From contig JBHGNT010000017.1 in the NCBI GenBank assembly GCA_043228905.1, positions 13,268,001-13,332,000 on the forward strand: a DNA stretch of 64,000 nucleotides, given 5' to 3'. Below, in pieces: positions 49,534-61,600 of this stretch (positions are counted from its first letter, which is position 1; each line of letters opens with the position of its first letter). Under the pieces are notes generated by a model that did no database searches, was not told the DNA's origin, and worked only from the letters and a program-made list of their open reading frames with translations. Origin of the DNA: Azolla caroliniana. Its lineage: Eukaryota; Plantae; Polypodiophyta. A program made the translations under genes and the position numbers.

Positions 49534-50157
49534 TGGCAAAAGAAGAAGAAGAAGAAGAAGAAGAAGTATAGAGGTTTCTGGTGGGCGCACGCTGATTTTT
49601 GTTTGGCCAACTCATAAGAAACTGGCACGTGCCGGACACCCGCTTCGCACGTGCCTCTCATTGATTCATGAGTTTCACTACAATATATTATGTATTTTGT
49701 TCCTTTTTTTTGGTTAACTTCTTTTTACATATGTAGTAGAGTAGAAAGAACCATATACATACATAAAGTTCCTTTTCATGAATTACGTTATTTTTGTTCT
49801 TATTAATTAACTAATTAATTAATTACATACTTATTTTCGGCCTCTTTGTCTTTTCTCTTCAAAATTTTCGTCGTCCTTTCTTCTTCCTTTCTGCTGCCGC
49901 AGCTGCCGTCGTCATTCAACACACCGAACCCTAATTTCCTTGGATCAGCCCTTTTCCTCTTCATCATCGGACGAAAACCCTAGCCTCACGTCTCTGCTTC
50001 GGAGAACCCTAAATTTCCCTTTTCCCCATCGTGCAACTTTAATTCTCGCAGTTCCTGCCATCGCAGAAACCCTAACCCCCTAACCCCCCGCTAAAATCCA
50101 TCTAATTAGAAGGAAAAACTTGCAGATTCTTGCCCTACCACCCGGTCTTTCCTGATC

Positions 50158-53100
50158 ATGTGCGGTAAGGAGAAACTGATGCAGAACGCACAGTCTGCTA
50201 CCTTTACTATTCCAACTGCCATGGCTTCTTCTTCTTCTCTGGAATCTGAATATCAGACGAATCCATTGGATGATGAAAAGCCTGAGTGTAGCAATGCGAT
50301 CCAGTGTCTTTACAACGCTTGTAAATCAACCTTCACACAGGTTAAAGGCTCTTTCTCAGCAGAAGGTCTCGACATGGTTCGATCTCTTCTAGGTATGGAG
50401 AGATTCTCGTGTTTAATGTCGTTGCTTCGTAATGCTGGAAAAATGCTTTTTTTACTTTGATTTCTGAAGCGTTTGCTCGACGTATTTAATCCATCCATCG
50501 ATGTAAATTCTTTATCAAATGATCTTCACCTCATCCGTGCAGATTTAAACTTGAAAGGCATGTCTAGTATCTTCTTCTTTCAACAAGAACGACAAGTACT
50601 GGTTTTGTGCGTAAAAACCAAAGGCTACTTGTTTTTGTTGATATTTTGAACCGTTAGAAATATTTAGAATATGATTAACTGCTATACATATGAACCTGTG
50701 TTCTGTATATAGTAGAAGTTGGTCCAGAATGGAACCGTGTTTACCTTGTCATGATCATGATATTATTAGTGCTTGGAGTCCGAGATAAAAGGAAAAGATT
50801 GCATTGTTTCCTTATCAAATATGACAAACATATGAAACTCTAAAGTTTATTTCTGGAAGATGCAACCGAACTTGGAGGAAACAGACGGCGTCCATCTCAG
50901 GAGCTACTACAAAGACCTCACCTCAATTGGTCGATTTCTCTATTGTTACGAAAAAAAATGGTGAGATCACAGCTCTGGAAGTAAATCCTCATTAGGTATC
51001 GGCTTTACGTAATGGTTGGATCAGTAAAGGCAATAGTTTTAAGCACATTATGGTCCCCCATCGTTCCTTTCGAAGAAGCTTCCTAAAGGTGCATTGCAGA
51101 AGACAGACTAGTCCAAAATACATCACAAAACTTGCATTTATGGAAGAGTTTCACTGGTGCATCGATAAAAGAAGAAGAAGATCAGGTGTATTGATTTGTG
51201 ATGAAGACATGGCAATGGCATTGCTAACTTGTCTTCTTGACTCCAATAGCAATGCGCAAGAGTCTGTGGCTTGTGAAGATGGAATATTGAGAAGATAAAA
51301 TGTAATTAGTGCATCCTTTGCAAGCTTACCTGTTTTGAATGAAGCAAGAGAAGTGTATAGTACATTTGGCAACCTTGTGATGGAAGCAAGAGAAGGAGAG
51401 CCTAGCTTTGTCAAAAGGTTGAACATGTGTCTTGGCTTTGTTCTCTTCCAAGGAGAAGATAGATTCATCTCAAAAGAGTAACGGAAAGCCTGTCAAGTGT
51501 AAGGAAGATAAATAATGGAGCTCAAAAGGAGCAAGAGATTTCACTGTTTCAATTCTTGAAGTTCAACATTTTGTTGCTGATACCATTCAGACACATGATA
51601 TGAGGCAGAAAGGTTTTCTTGAGAACAAAGGTAGAATAAGATCAACTCACTCAATCAGTATGGTTGCTGGAAGGACCAATGGGTTGAAGAAGAGTCATAC
51701 ATGGCCTAAATGGCATTTGAAGAGAAAGATGGTAGATAGGTTCTATATTCAACGGTGAGATACAAATGACGGTGGATAGATCCAGATTTTGTGTGCATTC
51801 CTGGATATGGAAGTCGAACATTTTGTAGCTGGAACACGTTAGGTTTACAAGCTGGAGGTTTTCATGAAGATAGTTAAAAGACATCCAGGAATTTGAGAAC
51901 GTTCTTACATTGCACATCTTCATCGAAACTTTAGTGGAGAAGTAGTTTAAGTGGAGGATTGGTTTATCCATCAACCCTAGTGATTCATCAAGCAAGGAAG
52001 CAAGGTGTGTGGGTCAAATAGAACAGTAATTTAAGTGGAGCCATAATTTATGTATTAACCCTAGTGATTCATGGATCTTCTGTTTCATTCGAGGATGATT
52101 CAAAGCTCTCCATCTTTGAATACTTTTTGTTATTATGCGATGATAACATCATGAAAGAGGATAATTAGAGAAAGGAGTAGAGAAAATGATGGCGAATTTA
52201 AGGAGTTGACAGCAGTTAATTTGGAAAGAAGACCTTCCAAATCCCAATTGATTGTGGGTTTTCAAATTAGGCATTGTAGAGAGACTTGGAATCCATTACA
52301 CTTATAGTTGTTTAGATCATTGGTATCCAGAGGGAATGTGTGGCGAACTTTTTTTTGCACCTTTGTTGTGAGGCTAATTTCGTTATTTTTCCACTCATGA
52401 TTAATTGAGGACATTGTAGACATAGACTTGGATACTATGGAGTCCAAGGTAAATATGTAGTGAACTTATTTGCAAAAATAAATTGGGGCTAATGTCTTTA
52501 GTTTTACATTCCTTTTGATTTATTTCTTTGGTTTTGCACTCCTTATGTTTCATCAAAGATATTTAATTTGTCCACTTTAGGGGGAATACCTATTAATTCG
52601 TAACTATTTTTTGCAGCATAAGACTGAGGTTAAACTCCAATTCTGGATTCATAGCCTTGTTCATGCGATTACTCTACACATTTGCATATTTTTTTGTATG
52701 TGAATGTGTTTCGCTCTGTAAATAATTGTTTGAAAATGCACAGAAAGGGAGAGTGTATCTTTACAATTTTCACTATCTGAGATCTCTATTGAAAGCTGTA
52801 TGCAGCATTAACATTAGCTTTTCTTCGAGTTTTATGAATTTCATGATCTTTAATTTCTGATATTGGTACATGTAGACAACATCAAACCATCGGATATTGG
52901 ATTAAATGAAGCCTTGATCACGGAGCGATTTGAGAATGCGCAGTTTTTGAATAGAATAGGAGGTCAACAGGGCAAAGCAAATCCACCAATCTCCTACATT
53001 CAAATATTTGAGTGTGAATATTTCTTGGTAAGGATTCAAATATTCAATGTTTTCGGCAAAAAAGTTGTGTTAAAATTTTAGAATGGTTAGTGTTAATTTT

Positions 53101-53842
53101 AATCTTTGTAATGTAGATAGGAGTATTTTGCTTACCTCCCACTGCAGTGATACCACTACATAATCACCCAGGTATGACTGTGTTAAGTAAACTCTTGTAC
53201 GGGTCAATGCATGTCAAGGCTTATGACTGGTCTGAACATCCGACTTTATCTCGACCGGATTCTTCACACTGTAAGTTCCATTTTTGGAATCTTCTTTTGC
53301 TTGATTAATATAATGCTCCTGACATTTTCAATCACGCTTAAGAGTCTACGTTTGACTTAGCAGCTAGATTAGCCAAGCTAGTAACAGATAAGGTGATGAA
53401 AGCCCCTTGTGGATCGACTATTCTATATCCTACAAGTGGTGGAAATATGCATTCTTTTAGAGCTGTGACGTCATGTGCAGTACTCGATATCCTAGCACCA
53501 CCATATTCTGAAGAAGAAGATAGGCATTGCACATACTACAAAGCCAGTTTATGCTCTCCTCAATCAGGTAAATAGCTCTTTATTTGCCTATGTTTCATCT
53601 TGCACGAGTAAATGAAATGACAGCTTATGATGTGCTAATAATCCTCATGAATGATGAACTGCTAATCCAATCCACAGTATGGTGCATTACTTACAACTCA
53701 TTTTGTAATTGCAACAGGAGCATTCACAAAGTATAAGAAAAAGAATACACGACAAGCCTATGCATGGTTGGAAGATATTGATCACCCAGTTAATTTTATT
53801 GTACAGCCAGTTTCTTATGAGGGACCAGAGATCATACAATAG
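50158..53842 (+). CDS. PCO: Plant cysteine oxidase (PCO/ADO, DUF1637 cupin dioxygenase)
   Basis: Exons 50158-50392, 52876-53027, 53117-53270, 53361-53567 and 53718-53842. Motifs: [57 protein letters not shown]...RHCTYY, AWLE, YEGP. Start codon uncertain (50158, 50179 or 50221). Confidence 0.93.
50860..52280 (+). mobile_element. Very degraded Copia-like remnant in PCO intron 1
   Basis: Gag-like fragment [17 protein letters not shown] and purine-rich decayed coding character; no intact ORF. Confidence 0.35.
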
Positions 53843-54680
53843 TACAAAGAAAGAGTGCCTTTTGTACAAGCAGAATGTTGCTAGTGATGCTGACCTAAGA
53901 ACATATGATAAATGGAGGTTTGATCCTGCAATGTGAAAAGCTTCAAAGTGGAACAGGACAGTCTTCAAAGCCATTCACATTCAAACAGTACATGTTGCCC
54001 AAACAAGCAATTTTCTGGTTGGGAACTATTGGAGCACGGAATAAAAATTATAACATGTCATAAACCTTGGACATCACTTCTAGATATAATCCCACTTTAG
54101 AGTTTGTAGTACTCTGGTTATTTGTCTCTCCACATATCAATGCTATTTCAAGATGCTCCTGTACTCCAGTATTCACATTCTCATTCCACAGAAATCAACT
54201 ACTCTCTCTTTACCTTAATGAACTCATGCTAAAGTGTATGCGTTAAATGTAATGAAGAAAATGTAACCCCAAAACATGAATGGATAATGCTTGCATATTT
54301 CTTATATATTGAGATTGATGTCATGTCTAAGAAGCTTTTTTAGGCCTTAAAATTCGTCCCATTAAGAATATGTAAGATTTTTGTGTGCCACTTGAATATC
54401 AACGTATTGGATGTTTTACTGGTATTGGGTGTGAGTAGGGGAATCCTACGTGAAACAGGCATTTAAGTATTTTCAAAGTTTTGGGAGTTTTGACAATACC
54501 TTGTTCTCATATCTCACAATCTGGTTACAAGCCTCATGAAGACCTTATGCTCATCTCAGCAATTTAGCAAGCTTAGAGAGTCCTTTTTATCCATCTTGTA
54601 GTTTGGGTATCAAGCATTAAAAACAATCATCATTTACTTAATATGGGTGGCTTGGCATCCTTCTTGGCACTCTAGTCATA

Positions 54681-54892
54681 TAGAGGCTATTCATCACCAC
54701 TAGCTATCAATTGTTACATTGTACATGTACTAACAAGACTCCTCATACTAGAAAACAAATATGCAACACTAATTTGTGACATGGAACCACAGTCATCTAG
54801 AGGCTATTCATCACCACTAGCTATCAATTGTTATATTGTACATGTAACAAGTACTAGAAAACAAATATGCAACACTAATTTGTGACATGGAA
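54681..54892. repeat. ~100-bp tandem duplication
   Basis: TAGAGGCTATTCATCACCACTAGCTATCAATTG...TACTAGAAAACAAATATGCAACACTAATTTGTGACATGGAA occurs twice. Confidence 0.85.
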
Positions 54893-55859
54893 AACTTTGG
54901 CAATGGGTGATCTTTGGTGGAGGCTTTGGATGAAACTAGTTGATGGGGTTGCTTTGCGTGGTCTATATAGAGTCTAGAGTAATGTATTCACCTTGGTATA
55001 TTGGTTTGTCATTAATAGTAGACCTTACATTGGTAGTATACTGAAGGGATTGCACATTTTAATTCAGTTGGCAAAAGGTTTTACTATACTTGCACTTCAA
55101 TATGAAGTACATATATAAAATGGATGGGTTCAAGAGGAAAGGATTAGAGTCATATGTGCCTATTAACAATTATAGGGCCTTCCAAATAGAGAATTCGCGG
55201 TTGGCTTTTTGCCCTTCTCTACATGGTGTTTAGCAAACAACACAATCCAAATTCGTAGTATTGACTTTTCCCAAATTGCATCTCTTTGTTTTGTAAGTAA
55301 TGCAACAAGATAACTCAACAAAAACAAAATATCTCTACACAAGTGATCAATGTTGTGACCATGCCATCATACTTCACATGCAATATGTGAACATACTTCA
55401 TCACAATAACTTAGATGTCGATCTTCACTAACCTTTACAATTGCCATCTAGTTTGGAAGATGCTTTATCCTTGTTTTAGCACATTTGATTTCTTGTCTTT
55501 CACTATCAAAATTCGTCAAGTTTTGGGTTCTTATGTCCTAAGTCCACATCTCTTACCGATTCTGAGGAATTTTTGATATATTTGTCGCCTTTATCATATG
55601 TGGAGTCAACATCAACACCAAATAAATTCTCCTCATGGAAAACCTCTGTGCGCGCACACATCTCGATGGAGCCTTGCTTCGCCTCCGTGCGCGCGCAAGC
55701 CCCGACCGAGCCGTGCGTCGTGGCTGATCAAGCCGTGACCCAAAATCGGCTCCGAGCAAACCATCCACACAGTTCAGCTGTGCTCACCTTGGTCATTCAA
55801 TGCTCCAAACACAAAAATATGAAGTAATTTGTTTTGGCTCTAGTTATATACTGTTGGAT

Positions 55860-56079
55860 TCGATGTTGTCCTAACTATGTGGGATATCTCACAGTTTTGT
55901 TTTCCTTATTTTCTCAAACTTTATAGTCACCTAGCTTGATACTTAGTTACCCGTTTCATATGTAGTAAAATGTGTTTGGAAGCTCTTGAAGACGTCCATC
56001 TTTCGTACTAAGACATTTAAGCTAACCTAAAATAATTATTTCATTAATTTTCTTATCGTGTGTGAAAAATCACACGACA
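55860..56079 (-). mobile_element. Partial LTR related to the 30407 solo LTR
   Basis: Reverse-complement similarity to ~30470-30645 (TATGTGGGATATCTCACA; AAACTTTATA). Ends CACACGACA, followed by ACGG. Confidence 0.65.
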
Positions 56080-56745
56080 ACGGTTCGGAAGAGGTGGTTG
56101 ATTCAGATGAGCCGGATCAACTCAAGGCCAAATAGACGAGGAGGCAGCAGAAGTCGACACCGATACGGAGGGACCGATGGGTCGAAGAGCTCCAAAGTCG
56201 CAACAACGAAGGAGCTGAGAAGGGCCTTATGAGCAAACAAGCCGACCGAGAAGGTCGAGGAGCGTGAAACCGAATGAGTCGAGGAAAGCAAGACTGGACC
56301 AGACGAGGAGTGCGAGCCAAGCGGGAGGATGCCAGGTCGAGCCAGAGGCAAGGACCAACAGACACAAACAGTGACACTATGATTCGACCTCACGTTGAGC
56401 TTGAGGGGGAGTGTTGAGCAGACAAGCTCAACTGGATCTGGATCAACTGAATAAGCCAGAGTTGGATCGGTATCCGGAACCAAGAGCCGGATCAGATTGC
56501 AACCGATAGGCTGTTAGAGGCCTACGAATCTAGCCTAGTACTTAGGCATATTTTTGGGAGTCAGTGTTCGTCGCTCGTATGAGTATTGAAGTACTGCTTA
56601 GTACTTCTGTCAGTCCTTTTATGGACTTGTATAAAATTGCTGATTGAGCACATTGTATGTACAGAGCGTTATAATTTTTGAATTAAGTTTCTATTGTTAC
56701 TCTCTCTATTTCTCCCACTCTTTGTGATTCAAGATTCCATTAAAC
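56080..56745 (+). mobile_element. Copia 3' UTR, PPT and LTR fragment
   Basis: TTGAGCTTGAGGGGGAG then TGTTGAG...AAGCTCAAC at 56412, the same end structure as the other Copia elements in this window. Confidence 0.7.
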
Positions 56746-56749
56746 CTTG

Positions 56750-58300
56750 TCTCTATTTTCTGTTGCTATCTGGATAAACTGTTTTGTCAAAGCTTCCACA
56801 TATTAACTTTGACAATGGGAATGGCTTTATACCATTTTGGACAATCAAGGTTGTGCAATTTAGCATATTAATCAAAAGTTTTCCATAATCTGACACGACA
56901 CAATGCTCTGAGTCACGCAATAGACAATTCAAATGTCTCCACATTTTGGAAATTTCCAACTCTTGCGTTGAAGTCTCCCATAATTAAAACTTTACCAAGA
57001 TTCTCATATAAAAGTATATCATGGCATAATTCTGTAAAAGGATCGTCATAATCTAACCCAAACCTACTATAATAGTTTGAGTTTTTGTGAGGAATGTAAT
57101 GTGCAACTATATACAACTTCTCTTTCCCCAAATTAACCTCTATCCATATGTATGTCTTATAGTCATCATATTCGCATACTTTGATAGAATGATCTATTAA
57201 GCTCTCATGGTAGATACATGCTATCCCGACATGCCCAATATTCCCTTTGGAGTGAGGCCATATCGATTTTATGAGGTAACCGTCTATCTTAGGTATACGT
57301 TTTGCCTCATGCCCCCATGTTTCAGCCAAAAATATAATATGCATACCTTGAGCTACATCATTGAGTCCTAAACCCTTATTCCATGGATATCCTCTACAGT
57401 TCCAAAACATTACTTTCAATCATGAAGCACTTATAGTCCCATAGGTCGTTGCTTGCTATGCATTTTGATTTGCTTTCCTAGATGCATATGCTTGCCTTCT
57501 ACGTTGTTGCTCTTGTGGAGTTCTATCCTCTGTTACAAAAAGACTTTTTCCTTTTAAGTACACCTTACTACTATCTAGAATCATTGCCCTTTTACATTCA
57601 TCAAGGATTGTACAAACAATAGCTCGAGATGACTTTCCCTCTAGTTGTTTTTTGCCAATCCTATGTGCGGCATATACAATAACATCTCGCATAACAAAGT
57701 GATCTTCAAAGAATTTTGTAATATTCTCTCCTAGAGATAATGCATTCTCTTGCATACCTCTAATGACAATATTATTCTTTCTTCTTTCGATTCATATTGC
57801 TCCTTAGCATCTAACACATCCATGGTATTAGAATGCCTTTGCGTAATTTTTGGTGTTTCTTTCAAGAGAACATCTTTCCACCTTGTCACATCACATCTTC
57901 CTTCCCTTCAATTGTAGATTTTATTTTGGCATTTTCCTTCACTAAAATCTCTTTTTCTGCTTCAAGACTCAACATTTTTCTTTCTATTTCAGGCTTCCGA
58001 TTATCTTGCATTTGAAAGTCATGTTCTTCATTGCATGTAGTTCTTCACGCAAAACTTAAATCTCTAACTTTTGCATTTCCATTGTATGTTGAAGAGTTAA
58101 TTCTCTCCTTACAAGCATACATTTCTCTTTGCATATGCATCGCTGTCTCTTGCAATGAGATATACATAGCTGCCATCTTTTCCATTGACAAAGTATGAAT
58201 TTGATGGTTTGGGTTTTCAATCACATCATCATTCACTTTTACTCTTGGCATATTTTCTATTAATAAAAAGATAGAATAAGTAGAACGCACCTTTCAATCA
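56750..58300 (-). mobile_element. LINE 5' part: ORF1 remnant and APE endonuclease start
   Basis: MKVMFWNCRG, IFLAETW, IMGDFNARVG (endonuclease). ORF1-like AHRIGKK...LKGKSLFVTEDRTP. Confidence 0.85.
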
Positions 58301-58491
58301 ATTTAGGGTTTCAAAATCTACCTTGAGTTTGAGGAACTGCGGGGGAAAGAGGGTTGTAGACAAAAATGCTCATAACTTCTCATCACGGTAACGAAATTGA
58401 GCAAATAAACATTTGTTAGAAATCTCTCTGAAAGAGCTTTCCAACGAGATATAGAACGTAGAAAAAGATGGCAGGAGAGATACAAGCGCAC

Positions 58492-58494
<3 letters not shown>

Positions 58495-58551
<57 letters not shown>
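58495..58551. repeat. (GA)n microsatellite
   Basis: Directly visible. Confidence 0.95.
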
Positions 58552-58555
<4 letters not shown>

Positions 58556-58605
58556 GACAATTACACGGTTATAGCTCAAGAGAAAACTGTATATTTCAAA
58601 ACCCA

Positions 58606-61600
58606 TGTTGAGAATCAAGCTCAACATAGCACAATGTGTGACCACACCTTTTGAGAATCTATGATTACTCAAAGGTCAAGAGTCACACCACTACTCTTTA
58701 CACATTAACTATGTGTCATAGAATCATATTCTATGACACATAACTAATGAGTTACATATTCCCCATGACTATGAGTCTTCACATTCCCCAAGAGAGAGAG
58801 AGTGGTTGTTGTAAGTTAATGAAGAGAGAGGGCGACTCTATATAAAGCACCCTCCTCATACTTCATACTAAGTCGGTTGTGACTCCTTGTAATGCTACAT
58901 TTTCATTTATCATATTGTCCTTGTTAATATACATCTCCTTCTTCTTGAGTACTTCATTTTTGTCTCTTATCCATCTTGCGTTTCTCTCCTCTCCTCTTTC
59001 CTCTCACACATACACATAACACACATCTCTTCCGCTACACAAGAATCACCATTGATTTATTACATGGTATCAAAGCGATTTGGTAGCTCGATCAAGCCCA
59101 CTCGCCTCATCGTGATCGTGTGTTGTGCTCTACGCCAACGTTCAAGAAGAATTGGCTCATTGCTATTGTAGTGCGACTACATAGCTCATGTTCGAGAGAG
59201 AAGGAAACGAAAAGAAGGAAGAAATCTACATCGACAATAAATACTCAAATGGGGAGCGCTCTCCCTAGAGAGAAGTTGGACCGAAACAACTTCGCATCTT
59301 GGGAGTACAAGATGCACCAATACCTTGTTGGCCAAGGCTATTGGGGTTACATCAACGGAGCACAAGAAAACCGACCCAAGCCGGAAGACGCCGACTATGC
59401 AATGTGGGAGCAAGCGGTAAGCTGAGTGATGTATTGCTTGGCGACATGTGTTCACGACCACATGCTCGGGTACATTCGAGAAGCTAAGACACTGAAGGAA
59501 GCATGGGAGAATCTACAAAAGATTTTCGCCGCCAACACTACCGCAAGAAAGCTTCAACTTCGCCAAGAGTTGAACAACATTCAACAAAAGGGATATGTCC
59601 ATTACAAGCTACACCTTGAAGATCAATGAGCTTTGCGACTCGCTTGGCTCGATAAGCATCAATGTGAATGATGATGAGATGGTGCAAATATGCCTCGGCG
59701 GTCTTGCACCACGATTCGTCGCGATGCGGACCGTCGTACTAGCATGGGAGAATCCACCCTCCTTCTTCGATCTTCAATCTATGTTGTTGGTCGAAGAAAA
59801 CCATGTTCGAATGAGGAGCAACGCCTTGGAAGGCCACATGCTCTACATGTATTCGGACGGAGGAAGATGACACAACCGTGCAAGAAGAGGCCGATTCGGC
59901 CAAGGATGAGGCGGACGAGGCTCGGGTTACGAAAACAACTCTCAATTACAGAAACAAGATAGAGGCCATCGGGGAACCTTCGGAAGAAGGGGGAGCCACC
60001 ATTCCGGTCCAAGTTGACAAACCTCAATCGAATGCGGATATTGCGGGAAAGTCGGCCACCACGAAGAAGAATGCCGTAAGAAGATACGCGAGTCGGCTTC
60101 CACTAGCCAACAACTCACCAACTATGCCATCAACTCCGACTATGACGATCGCGACAGAATGTTCGTGATGAGACATAGAGCGAATTCTATGTCGGCCTCT
60201 ACTTCTACTAATGCCTCCAGTTCGGAAGACGTATGGTTCGTCGATTCCGGTGCCTCGAACCATATGATGTCGCATCAAGAATGGTTCTGAGAACTTCGAG
60301 AGTCGGACCAACCTGGGTATGTCGAAACCGGAGACGATACTACGCACCCGATTCAACACATCGGCAATGTTCTGTTCGGAGAAGAAGGTAAGCAAACTTA
60401 TATTAAAAATGTCTTGCATGTACCAACTATCATGAAGAATTTGGTCTCCGTCGGCCAAATTGTAGAGCAAGGAATGCAAGTACGATTTAATCAAGGCGGT
60501 TGCTTCATCGAAAAAGAGGGCCGACTCATCGCACTGGGACGAAGAGAGGGCTGAATGTTCATTCTCGACTCACACGAGATGAAATGGGCCATGTTCGCAA
60601 AGGGCATGAAAGCCGATTCCGACATAGAGTTATGGCACAAGCAGATTGGCCATATCAACCTCCAAAATCTCAAGGCAATGCAATCAAAAGGAGTCGTCAT
60701 TGGGCTCTTGACATTCATGGAGAAAGAGATTGAAGGCGTGTGTGCCGCTTGCCAATTCGGCAAGCAACATCGGCACCCATTTCCGAAGGAGCGGAACGTG
60801 AGCAAAGGCGTACTCGACGTAATTCATTCTGATGTATGGGGTCCGGCTCAAACGACGACATTCGGATGATGCCGATACTACGTGACCTTCATCGACGACT
60901 TCTCTAGGCACACTTGGATCTACCCGATGCGACAAAAGAGCGAAGTGTTCGGACACTTCCAAAAATTTAAGAATGAAGTCGAGAAATCCACGGGCCGACA
61001 TGTACGATGTCTTCGGTCGGATGGAGGCAATGAGTACTTCTCCGACAAATTTTCGCGTTTCTACGGAAAAAAGGAATACGACGAGAGTTTTCATGTTGAC
61101 ATACACCACAATAAAACGGAGTGGCCGAATGCAAGAATCGGCACATCCTCGAAGTGGCACGGGCTATGCTTAACGAAAAAGCACATGCCAAAATCTTATT
61201 GGGCGGAAGTAGCTAACACGACCGTCTATCTCATGAATCGGTGTACGACATTGGGTGTGCACGAACTTACTCCACACAAGAAGTTCTTCGGAAAGAAGCT
61301 AGACCTATTGCATGTTCGGATATTCGGCTCCATTGTGTACGTGCACATCCCCAACGAGAAGCGTCAAAAGCTTGACCCGAAGTCGGAGAAATGTATCCTC
61401 GTAGGATACTCACTGGAGGAAAAGGGGTACAAGTGCTACAACCCCTCAACTCGAAAATCTCGAGTAAGTCGAGACGTCGTTTTTGACGAGTCCACATCCT
61501 GGTACGCACCAGAGACAACTTCGACTCCGATTCCGCTCGACCCGGAATCTGCCGAACAAGAGATAGAGGATGAAGATCGCCTTACACGCATGTTCGAAGA

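Noticed and set aside
53358-53363. NAGNAG tandem acceptor in PCO intron 3
   Set aside because: Real (TAGCAG) but common, and it changes only one residue.
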